DNA of 64,000 bases from the NCBI RefSeq assembly GCF_036321535.1, contig NC_087437.1:54128001-54192000 (forward strand). The letters run 5' to 3'. Both the position numbers and the translations under genes were made by a program. The stretch comes from Camelus dromedarius (Eukaryota). Each line of letters starts with the position of its first letter. The first letter of the stretch is position 1. The notes under the pieces were generated by a model. The model was not told the origin of the DNA, did not search any database, and saw only the letters and a program-made list of their open reading frames with translations. Positions 52,901-64,000 of this stretch are shown here, piece by piece.

Positions 52901-52979
52901 ATTATTCTGTACACATTGCCCAATAAAATAAAATAAGTCAGTATGCAAAAAACATATTACAAGCTACTTGCTCTGAATA

Positions 52980-53680
52980 TTTATTTAATAAACATTTATT
53001 GCATGCCTGTGATATGCTACACATACGTGTAAGCCCTAGAGATATGAGTGGATGAACACAACAGACAAAATCTCTGGACTCACAGAGCTCCTGTTCTAGT
53101 GTGAAGAAACAGACAAAAAAGACACGGATGGGAAGTATAACGGGGCGCTACATGCTATGCAGATTTCCTTAGGGGGTGGAAGATAAGGAGCTTGGATGTA
53201 CTATAGCAGAGGTGATATTTGAGCCAAGGTCTGGAGGAAGGAGTGCGCCCTGTCGTCGTTGGCAGGAGGAGTGCTTCTGATGAAGAAAACATCATTTGAA
53301 GGGGTCTTAGGGTGGGAGGATGCTCAGTGTCCTGGGAACAGCAAGGAGGCCAGTGCAGCTGGAGCAAAGTTCCTGCTGGAGCAAAGTTTGTTCCTCCTAC
53401 AAAGGAGTAGATTCAAGGTCTGACAGGCAGCAAGGGAGCCCATCGGGTCTCTCAGGGCCTGAATGGGATTATGGCTCTGACTCTTAGTGAGGCCAGAAAT
53501 CAGTGGAGCTTTTTGAGCAGAAGTGTCACACAATCTGATTTAGGTTTCAAATGGAACACCCTGGCTGCTATGTGGGGAATAGACATGGGAGGTGGGAATG
53601 GTGAGAAGAAGGGAGATGGATAAGCAGACTATTCCAAGAGTTTAAGCCTAAAATGATTGTGGCTTGGACCATAATAGTCT
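52980..53680 (-). mobile_element. L2 LINE fragment
   Basis: aaacatttattgcatgcctg...ggaacagcaaggaggccagtgcagctggagca...tttgagcagaagtgtcacacaatctgatttaggttt. Confidence 0.7.
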
Positions 53681-55914
53681 ATACTGTTGGCCCAAAATAA
53701 AGAGAAATCTCTGGACCAAATTTTGGGATAACTTATCTTTAAAGGCTTGAACTATGGGAGAGAGTTCAAGAAAATTTAAACTCAGTCTAAAGTTATGTGA
53801 CTGTCTCTACCTCTCTGGAGTAACACAAATACCTTTTATCTTTGATAAGTATATAGGCAATTTCCTCTTCCAACTTTGGAAAATTAGGTAACATTCCGTA
53901 TCACTTGGTTCTTCTATGACTTGAATCATTAAATGGGTTGTGAGCTGAATAATTTAGCCAATTGTTAAATGATGAAAGAAGCAAAAGAAAATAATTCTCA
54001 GGACTCTACAGAAGTTAACGGTAGAGTATATTGCAATCAGAAAAGTTGAAATTCTCTCAGAAATGTAAGTACTGTCAGCTTAACATACGAAAGAGGCACA
54101 GGGCACTAAACACGGATGAGATCCCACTTTGTCCGTGAAGAAACTGAGACTCAGGAGGGAGAGAAAATGTCCAAGTGACACAAAAGTTACTGAGTTTGGA
54201 CCAGAACTTGATTCTCAGTCCAGCATGTTGCTTCCTCCATCACAAGTTTTCCTTATAATTGCACTTTGTCTCTGTTATGTTAAAGTGGCTGAACTGTAGC
54301 ATTTATAGCTGCTCCTGTTAAGAACTCAGGTCTTCTCTGTTTCCTGAGCACCTGAGGAGAATTGGCCCCCATTCACACCGTCCTGACCTGAACCACCTAT
54401 GGTTCCTTGACCTGTTTTCTCTCTGTCTTACATTCTATCCTCACGCAGCCCCACAGGGATTATATTTCTTCTGCTCTGACTGTTTTCCTTGGGGAATCTG
54501 CCCGCCTGGCTTGTACACCCTCACTCCGCAGAGAGGGAGAAAAGCTAAGCAGATAATACCTACATGTCCTGATGGGTTGGGAAAACCCTCCAATTTCAAT
54601 GCTTTTGTTCCTTCACAGGAAGGAGTCACATTTTCAAGCCTTGGAATTTCAGTATGTGACTTTTTCCCCAGTACTTTATATGCATCCATGCATTAATTTT
54701 CTGACGAAGAAACACAGTGTGAATCTGAATGTTAAAAAATGCATAAGATTCTTTTTATTATGTTTATGGTAACAGGAATTTGGGGAAACAAACTTCAAAA
54801 CAAGGATCAGCCAGCTCAGAAAGGCACTAGAAAACTAGACCCAGCTCTGGGACTCAGTGGCTTTGTCACCTTCAACAAGGTCATTGTCCTTTAGGGCCTC
54901 TACCTTCTGATTTGTGAAAGGAAGGGAAGAAGAGATGGGCTTTGCTGCTAACATCTGCTGGGGATCTTGGAGGCTCGTTCCTAAGACTTCACAGTGCATG
55001 TGCCAGACTTTTACTTTACATCCCCAGGCCATCTGTGCAGTCCCTTCCTCACCCTACAATCCCAGCATTCTCCTTCATAATCTCAAATTCGGTGATTTGC
55101 ATTTGGATTAATACATATTTACTGAGAGCTTCTCCTGTGCTCACTGATGTACTGGGCACTACAAAGAAATAAAAAGGAAACATAAGACATTATTTCTCCC
55201 CTTAAAGAAAACTAGTTGGGAAAGAGGCCTGTTTGCATTGGTGAACAGTTTGTATTACAGACTTTTTTTTAAAGGAATGAAGTTTTAGCATCTCCATGCA
55301 CCTTTCGTAATTCAAAATAAGCCCAGAAAGATCTGCTTAGGAAAGCACTTAGAGGAATGCTTTAATTAATCCATCAGAATGCTTTGAAATGAACAAATCA
55401 AGGGCTCTTTGTAAATGGGGGGATCAGAGACTCGGAAAACAATCGGTTCTCTTAAATATTTGAAACATTTTTGTCATAGTTTTACAATATTAATTTGTTC
55501 TGTTACGGAAGGAAAAATAACAGTCTAGAGATTTTCTGAAGGATCACATTTTCAGAATGATTGGAATCTAAAATCTGAATGAAAAGTGCAGTCCCTCTGC
55601 TGGAAATGCTTTCTTGTTCCTTTCTACTTGTCACAATTATAACTATCTTTGAAGGCTGAGTTAAAATATTTCCTCATTCATCACCACCACCACCACCACC
55701 ATCCCCCATCACCCCCTCCTATAAATCTGTGTGGTCGGCCATCTGCACTGCTTTAGAGCACTCTGACCTTGACCTTGCCTCATAGCAATGTAAGTAGGTG
55801 ATATCTTTTGCCCTGGGCTGGGCTCCCTGGGGCAGGGAGTGTGTCTGACTCACCTGCTCACACTATGCCTTGTAAGCAGCGGCATTTTGCCTGATGTTGG
55901 AGTGGTGGTCTGGT

Positions 55915-56545
55915 TGCCGTGCTGTAATGGATGACCCTATCAGCTGGGATACAGTTTCACCTGCTCTACCAGACAGCCAAAATGGTAATGGCTGAAACAA
56001 CTTAGACATTTCTTTCTTTTTCACATTAAAAAAAAAAAAAAAACAAAACCCACAAGGAAATCTGGGCCTAGTAAGGTAGCTCTAAAATACGTGGAAGCCA
56101 GGCTCTTGTTGTTCTGCCATCTCTAGAATGTTTCTACATGGTAGAAGCTGGACCTCCACCCACCATGTCTGTATTCCAGACCACTGGAAGGAGGAAAAGG
56201 GGACTTGGCGGTCCCCTACTTTCATGATAGCACATGTGGGCAGTTGTGCACACACACCCACATCCCACTGAGAACTACCTATACTGGCCGACCTGGTCAG
56301 GGGTATGCCAGAGCCCAGTCCCCGGGCAGGTGAAGGCCCACTGTGTGCGTTTCCTCCCAACTCTAAATCCAGTGAGTCATGCCGGCAGCTTGAAATCAGC
56401 CATGGGAGAACCAAACCCACAGAAGCCGGCAAATGCTACAAATCAAGGCTTTTTTTTTTTTTTCCATAGGAGTTGATTGTCAAAAATTCACTTGTAATCT
56501 GCCATATCTAGCTGCAAGAGAAGCTGGGAAATGTGGCCTTTTTTA
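55915..56545. mobile_element. MLT1-like (ERVL-MaLR) solo LTR relic
   Basis: aatggctgaaacaac...tttctttctttttcacat at the start and ctagctgcaagagaagctgggaaatgtggcc near the end resemble MLT1 LTRs. Heavily diverged. Confidence 0.5.
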
Positions 56546-57899
56546 CAACTCCTTACTCCCATAAATAGAATTGTTAGCTGGATAGCCTGATATCTAGCTG
56601 ACAATTCCATGTATGGGAGCAAGGAGTTGTATTGCTATAGAAGAAGCTAAAGATGAATATTTGCAAATAATTAGAAATCTCTATAAAAATGACATCATCT
56701 GTAAACAGAAAAAAAGAAAAATTGGAAAGCCTGGTTTTAACTGTGAGAGAACAGGTCTATCTATAAGGACTTGTACCTGGGGGCTTTCTGCTGCCATCTT
56801 CCAGCTGGGAAGGGCCATGCTAGAGAGAAGTTAAACTTATCTGTGTGAGCTCAGGGAATAGGCCTCTGGGAAGAGGTTACATGAGCCAGATTCTGCTCCA
56901 TTTTGACTGTCAGTACTGTCTCAAAATGCAGCACTGGTTTCCATCACTGCCAGTGTCCTGGATGAGCACTTGCCATAGAGGAGGTCTCATTCTGACCACA
57001 GGTTACTCTGGCCGTCTCCGAGTCTCTGCTCATGCTTCAGACACTCTTCCTGACCCTTCAGAGTCTCCGAGTTTCCAGTACTTTCCTTTGCTACACTTAA
57101 CAACAGTAGTAATTATTACTGCACTAACTCAGTTAACGTCGATCTCCTCAAAGGGGCCGTAGGAGAAGTCACGGTGTTGTTTTACTCACCGTTGTGCCTG
57201 CTACATGGAACAAAGTGTACGGCCACCCTGGGGCACTCATTAAATCTATGCGGAATGGAGGATGGATGCTGTGACGTATCATGTGTGAAAGTGCCTTGTA
57301 AGCGGCTCATAATAATTACTCTTTAAAACTAAGATATTGAGATACAAAACAGAACAGAAAGCAGGTGAAGGAAGTGTCAGTAAATACTTCCAGACATCTA
57401 GGGGGAACTGAACTTGATTCTAAGCTTCCTGGAAATGAAGTACAAAAAGAGAACACATTGGGTTACTGGATTTTCTTTTTTCGAATGGGATATAACTTGT
57501 GAATTCATCTGCAGAAGTCAAGTTTTCTGTGATTTCAAGTGATTTATTAAAATGAAACCATTGCTTCCTCCCAGTTAATGTTCAAGCACGATCAAATATC
57601 TCCGAACTTAAAAAAAAAAAAAAAAAAGACAAAGAAAGGAAAGAAACAAAGCCTCCCTCAGCAGCCATCTTACCTACCAAAGTCCTTCGTACCCCGTCTG
57701 CGCCTGCGCCATCTGCAGCTCCTCGCCTCCCGGAGGAGGTTCTGCTCACTACAGCCTGGCTTCCTCTCTCCTCCTCCTCCAGGACCTGCCGTCCTGACGG
57801 GCTGGAGCCAGTTTGTCCCGGCTCTGTCTCTGCTTCAGTCTTCATTGCAGTAGACGTGTCTTCATTACTGGAAACTCTTGCCCTTGCTAGATCCTGTCC

Positions 57900-58820
57900 C
57901 TTGGTTCAGTGACACAAAACTGTGCTGGCTGTCTTCTATCTTCTGGACGCTCTTTCTCAGGCTCCTTTAAGGACTTGCGGGAGCTCTGTTCCTCTAGTAA
58001 ATGTCGGCATTCCTCGGGGTTTTGAAATTTTTTCCTTGACTCTTCTTTTCTCAGCCTACATACTGTCCCTAGGAAATGTTATCTACTCTAATGGCTTTCA
58101 TTAGTCTTTAGATTCTAAGGACTCCTAATTTATGATCTTTAGACTAGATGACCCACCCGAGTTTCAGACCCACATATTTGACTTCCTTGTGGACATCTCA
58201 TAGCTCATATATATCTCGCATTCAGCATGTCCCAAATTAAGCCAATATTTTCCCTTCCTCTTGACTTTTTATTCTCATGTGTTCCCCATCTTAGCAAAGG
58301 GCCCTACTTTCCACCCAGTTTTTCAAGGTAGAAATCTTGCCATCATCTTTAACTTCTGTCTCTCTCTCTGACTCCTCATTCCTCCAACTCTCCATCACCA
58401 AATCCTATTAACTCTCCTTCCCAAATATCTCGCAGATCAGTCCACTGATCCTTATCACCAGTGTCACTAACTTAGTGCAGGCCCCCGGGGTTCTGCCACG
58501 GCTCTCAGCCAGCTAGGCACTGGGCTTACCCTCCTTCCAATTATGCAGCCAAAGCGGCCTTTCTGAAGCAACCCTCTGACCTTGTTCTTGCCCTGCTTCC
58601 AACTTATCAATGGCTTTCTGTGGCCTCCAGAAGCAAGACCTAACTCCACAGTGAGGCTTAAGCAGCCCTGCCTAGTCTGACTCCTGACCTTCTAACCTTG
58701 TTTCCTTCTTACTTCCCAACCCCACTCCCAAACTGCACACACCCACCAGCTGACCCACATCCGCTCTCCACGGTACCCGGCTCTCTCTTGGCTCAGGGTC
58801 GTGGCACGTTCTGTACTCCT
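57900..58820 (+). mobile_element. L2 LINE fragment
   Basis: tttcagacccacatatttgac...ggacatctc...ttcagcatgtcccaaa...ccatcaccaaatcc...tcaatggctttc. Confidence 0.65.
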
Positions 58821-59089
58821 TCTCTGCCCATCCCTCCACGCTCCTCCTGGATTACTCCTATCATCCTCTCCCTCTTACCTGGAACTAGCCTCTTTTGTGT
58901 GTTCATTTCATAAAGATCTACTAAGCCACGTACTATGTGCCAGGCACCATACAGGCACTTGTGTTACAGCAGTGAGCAAGACTCACATGATCTCTGTCCC
59001 ACAGTCCCAGTCCACGTGGCCTTCCTTGGCTTTCCAAGTCTGTGTTAGGTCTCCTGGGGAGCCCTCTCCTTCCTCTCCAGTGTGTTTTA

Positions 59090-59203
59090 TTTTATTTAAA
59101 AAAAATTATTATTATTATTATTTTTTAACAGAGGTGCTGGGGATAGGACCCAGGACCTCATGCATGCTAAGCATGAGCTCTACCACTAAGCTGTACCCTC
59201 CCC
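59090..59203 (-). mobile_element. tRNA-derived SINE (Vic-1-like)
   Basis: Reverse-complement core with an (AAT)n tail. Degenerate TSD CTCCAG(T/C)GT(G/A)TTTTA at 59075-59089 and 59205-59219. Confidence 0.88.
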
Positions 59204-59244
59204 ACTCCAGCGTATTTTAATGACTTTTAAACTAGGGTACAAAC

Positions 59245-59469
59245 CAGGTGAACAGGCTTTCTCTGTAAAGGGACAGGCTACAGATGATAAATATTTTTGT
59301 CTCTGTAGGGTACATGGCTCTGTCAGAGCTGCCACCTCAGCAGCTGGAGAGGAGAAGCAGACGCAGACACCACACAATGAACGGCGTGGCTGCCTTCCAG
59401 TAAGACCTTATTCACAAAAACAGACGGTGAGCCAGACTTGGCCCATTGGGCTAGTTTGCTGATCCCTCA
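59245..59469 (+). mobile_element. MER58A-like hAT-Charlie MITE
   Basis: ttctctgtaaaggg...aaatatttt...cggcgtggctgccttccagtaagaccttattcacaaaaacagacgg...tagtttgctgatccct matches the recalled MER58A consensus. Confidence 0.8.
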
Positions 59470-62400
59470 TCTAAACAGCTAACCTAGTATGTCCTTAGTC
59501 ACCTCTGCCTCCACAGTGCAGACACAGTGCTTGACACAGAGGCTTCTCCGTAAGTTTGTTGGACGAACAAGTGAATGGTAAATGAACAAATTAGGATGGA
59601 CTTGTTTCCCCTCTTCCCTCTGTGGCCGTATCTCTTTGGTCACAATATGCTCCACATTCATTTTATGTGGTCAGTGAGCCCTTGTGAAATGGTTTTCATC
59701 TGTTGGGTTCATCTAAGCATGTGTGTTGAGCAAATACCGTACCAGAAGTTTTGGTCCCTTTGGTGGTAATGGTCAAGTTTTAAATCCTTTGTCACTACTC
59801 GCCAACCACCCCCACCCCCCACAGCATAGTGATTTGTTTTCTTCTGGGTGTGATAGTTAAATGTTGGATTATCTGGATATACTTCTTATAACTCACTACA
59901 GACTTAATCATGTTATTTGTGTGTGTATAGATGCAGGCATTCCCTTGTTGCGTAAATATTTACTTAAACCTAGCTTAAAACCTTTCTTGAGTAGGTAGCA
60001 TGTTAGAAAAAAAAAACCCTTCAATTAAACCAGTGCACAAAGTACCTATTAAGCACTGAGCACCAGGCAAAGTCTCAATGTGTAGTCAGGGGGCGCAAAG
60101 AGAACTCAGATATATGGTATTGTTACTGAGGGGCTTACACTGCAGGAAGGAGATAAAAGGTGGAAAAATAATTTTAATACAATGTAGAAAGTGCTAAGTC
60201 CTTTCAGGAAGGGGTCAGTAAAGTACTCTGGGACTTTCATAAGCAGTAAAAATTTATCTTTAGCCAAAGGGATCAGAGAAGCCTCTGAGAAAGAAGTATT
60301 CAACCTGGACACAGAAAGGTAGGTATTTGGGAAATGATAGGACACCAAAGGGCCTTTGAGACGGAGGAAAGTATAGGCACACCCACAAGTTACTAGAAAG
60401 CAAGTTTTAATGAAGCTACGTCCAGGGACTGGCTGATAAAAGTGCAGCCAAATCCCTGTAAGAAGGTGCCAAGTCCATTCTGATCTGGAATGCATTGATA
60501 ATTGGGACATTATGCTCAGAGACTGCAAATTGACATTCTGTCGTCATTCCTCTTGGAATAGAAACCCTGATCCTTCAAAGTAATTAGCACCAATTTGGAG
60601 CATGTGTGCAAAAATAAATCACAAGGGTCCAAAAACAGATACATTAAGTTCAATGGTTAGGAAGCAAATGTTTTTATGAGCTCCGCCTACATAAACAAAA
60701 TCAGAAGCAATTAGCATTTAAAAATAGAAGAGACAAGGAGAGTTCACAGTTCCCCTTGGGAAATTATTATTTATGTAAGTGTCCACAATGATGACTTCCA
60801 CTCGCCCTTTCTGATCTCAGTCATGTTATTTCAATGACTACAGCACCAGTTTTGTTCCATGAGGGTGAGGAGGGAGAACCATGTTTCTGTGCATATTGTC
60901 CTGCTTAAAATTGAGGATGGTGTGTCCTCTAGCACACAAACAGGGGGCGCTCTCTCTTCTTCCTTGTGCCACCCGCAGCCTCTGCATGCATGAGAAGAGG
61001 ACTGGAGGCAGATCTGCCCCCAGAAGCCCACCTGCACACAGCACTGTTGACCTTTGCCCAGGGGACACCTGCCTGTTGGAGAAAGCCTCAGTGGTCTGCC
61101 CTGAAGAGGAGTGGTAGCTCTCGTGAAGTCACTAGTGCACATTTTGCAGTGGCCCTGGGCGCGCTCTCCAGGACATGGGATGTCTCAGTCAAGGATGGAG
61201 TCTCGCTGTTGGCATTCGCTGTCAGGCTGGGAAGGCAGACTGACCAAGGAGCCCGTGAGGAACTGCGGTGGAGACTGGGAATGTTTGGTGTGATCGTGAG
61301 CGCTGGCCGCTGGCCCCACAGGATGCTGAGTCCCCACCGTGTCACTAACTTGCTCTGTAAACTTGGCCAAGCCACCTGCTCTTTTCTGGGCCTCATTTTC
61401 TCCATCCTTAAAATTTGGGGCTACACTGGGTTATCTTCTTGCTTTATGCCTTTTTTTTTTTCCCTTTTAAAACTCAAGTCTTTTTCGGCCACTTTGTATC
61501 CACTTTCTTGGAACGATGTGGTGAATGACAGACTGGGACGTAAGGTATAGGACTCAAATATTTTTCTATTCCTCATTTATAAGACGTATGAAAACATACC
61601 CCCATACTTCCCTCCCCCAAAGACTGTGGCTGTAGGATACAGGACTGACATGGAGGACACAGAAGTCACACTTGGCAGGGGCACAGAAGAACCCACCAGA
61701 TCGCCACCAGTCTGAGAATCACATTTAAATCTGATGGGACTTTGGCAATTATTAATAGCTAAAGGAGAAGGAATTTGCTCAAAGTGGCGTGTTAAAGACA
61801 GCTACGACTCAACCTATTGGCTCTAAATTCTCTTTTTTCTATGTCTTCCTTTCTCTGGCTTTGGGATGTCTAAGCCAGAATCAGGGCTTAGGGGTTGATC
61901 AACATGTAGCCACTTCAAATTAAAATATCTGTAGAGTTTTATCAGGGTGGGGAGTGGATGAAACCTTTGACCATGAGTTTTTGTTAGGGCTTCACTCATT
62001 TTTTCATACTTCCCCCGCAAATTTTTATTCTTCTCCATTGTAACTAATACTAACCCCCCCGATCACCTTGCACACACGAAAATGGTTTTCCTTTTTTTTT
62101 TTTTTTTTTTGCAAAAATTAAGAGCTACCTCCTTCTTGTGTATCTTCCCATCTGCCAGTCAGTCTATATTCTAACACCTGGTCCATACTTTTCCTTAACA
62201 ATTACCTCAAGCTTTTCTAATTTCCCTGTTGTAGATCATTCTTCTCTGTTAAGTCATAAGCTCTTTGAGAACTGGGAGCATCTTTGTATTCCTGTTTCCA
62301 AGGCCAGATAAGCTGCTCAGTTGTTCATTGAATAAATTAATGGAAGACGAGCTACTTCATCTGGAGCCAGATTGAGCCCTAGAAGCCCATCAGAGTGGTG

Positions 62401-64000
62401 ATACTTATCCGTGGCCCCCATTTCATCCTTTATGAGGAATCAGAAAAGGTCAGAGAAAGTTCAGATCTGCCTTGGCTGCACTGGATCTCCTGGCTTATAT
62501 CTTTATGACTATAAACTCATCCATGAGCACTCACAGATAGCCGGAGTACACAGAGGGACCCTCTCCAGGCTTAGGGGATGGAGTAAAAGAGCAAGAAGCC
62601 AACTTCTACACTATGGGTTGCTAGTCTCAGCACGAGGGCATCCCCGTACCAACCTTCACTGGCTTTGGGCAGGAACCTGGGTCTGTTCTCTGTGCATCAG
62701 TGTTGGTCAACCTAGCCACTGGGACAGGATCTGGGCAACAGACAGGCACCAGGGATGGTACCTGAAGCACTTTTGGATCGAGTGGAAGACTGGGTGGCCT
62801 CTTTGCTCAGAAGCTTAGAGGAGGAGGATGGGGAGATAATACAAAAAGCCATCTGACTTCTGTCCAGCAGTATAGGCAGGAGAGCAAAGGAGAAGCTTGT
62901 CAAATGGTAATAAAAGATGAGGTGGCATGGGGATGGGGGAGTGGGAGGAAATCTTCATGGACAGAAGATGGAAGAATTCTGGACTGAGGGTACAGGAATG
63001 AGAGAAATGAGAGACTGAGAACAAATAAACATGGAAAGGAAGGGAACAAGGGAGGGAAGGAAGGAGGGAAGGAAGGTTAAAATGCTAAAAAGAGAAAGAT
63101 GCAGATGTCCAGAGAAGACATCTAAACTAGGTTGGGAGTGAGAGAAAAACACAAGAAGGAAGAGGGCTGCAGTGGAGGAGTGTGGGGACACACGAGTCAC
63201 AGACAACTCAGTGCCTACTGCTCAGCTCAGGAAAGTGTCTTTTGTGAGCCTGGCACGGGGAAGATCTGTACAGAGAGGGAAATGTGCTGACTCCTGCCCA
63301 GGGCCTGTCGGAGGATAGAAACAGATCAATTAGCCTGGGTGGGGCTCTCCTGTGCCAGGCCTGGCACTGCCAGTTCTCAGTGCCCGGCCAGGCCAGGCCA
63401 AGGACTCTCACATGATTATTAAGCTATTAAAAGGCCATCAGCTGCAGGGCAGAATCAGCCTCTTACGCTGAGAAAAACCCTTTTCCTGTGTTGGCGTCAC
63501 CTCCGCTGGTCCAGCTACCACCTCTCAGCCTGGCCCAGCCCCTCCCTGACCCAGTAAGACGGCTCCCTGGGCCTGGGGAAACCAATCATTGAGAATCTGA
63601 ACAGGCTTCGAGGACCCTCCAGGTGGCCAGCACAGCCTGGAACATCCAATTGGTGGAGTGATCCTGGGGTCTGTTTGTGGGTGGAGGAGGAGGTGTCTGG
63701 AGCAGAATGTTCCCATCAATCTTGGGTCACTGGGTGCACATTATAGGGAGAAAGATTTCAGTGCCAGGAAGGACTTTGAAATCAAAGCTGGACTCATTAA
63801 TTTTTATATTCATGATTTTTGCAACAAGTTTTGAGCATCTGCAATGGGTGGGGCACTGTGCTAGAGGCTGAAAAGATCAGTAAACACATCCACTGCCCTC
63901 AGGGTGAGAACAAGGGCAACTTTTCTTCCCAACATAACAGAAGGAAGGTGTGCTCTGAGTGTGTCAGGATCACGGAAGGTGACTGATTCTGTTTCGAGAA

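Noticed and set aside
60966..61550. 194-aa plus-strand ORF
   Set aside because: GTG start, runs through a MIR-like fragment and a T-tract, and has no protein-like features.

Overview
This is mammalian genomic DNA, most likely camelid: it carries five copies of a tRNA-derived SINE resembling camelid Vic-1, plus artiodactyl-type L1 3' ends. Positions 1-~17.8 kb hold the 5' part of BCL6 on the minus strand. This includes non-coding exon 1 (~17475-17790), an alternative first exon 1b (~8310-8716), the 39-nt exon 2, and coding exons 3-6 (BTB/POZ and RD2/PEST regions). The zinc-finger exons lie off the left edge. The remaining ~46 kb is upstream intergenic DNA with MIR, L2, L1, SINE, MER58 and MLT1-like relics and a few candidate enhancers. 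No other gene is supported. I found no evidence of a new multi-gene system. The most interesting sequence-level observations are: (1) uORFs from both first exons converge on one TGA in exon 2 and are in frame with the BCL6 CDS, so skipping exon 2 would give N-terminally extended BCL6; (2) a CTCF motif sits inside a 13-bp-arm hairpin in intron 1; (3) an antisense Gly/Ser micro-ORF spans the exon 1 donor; (4) a 5'-inverted (twin-primed) L1 insertion has a perfect 17-bp target-site duplication (TSD). Exon 2-6 boundaries come from splice dinucleotides and reading frame. TSS positions and repeat family names come from recalled similarity, not a database search, and repeat coordinates are approximate.
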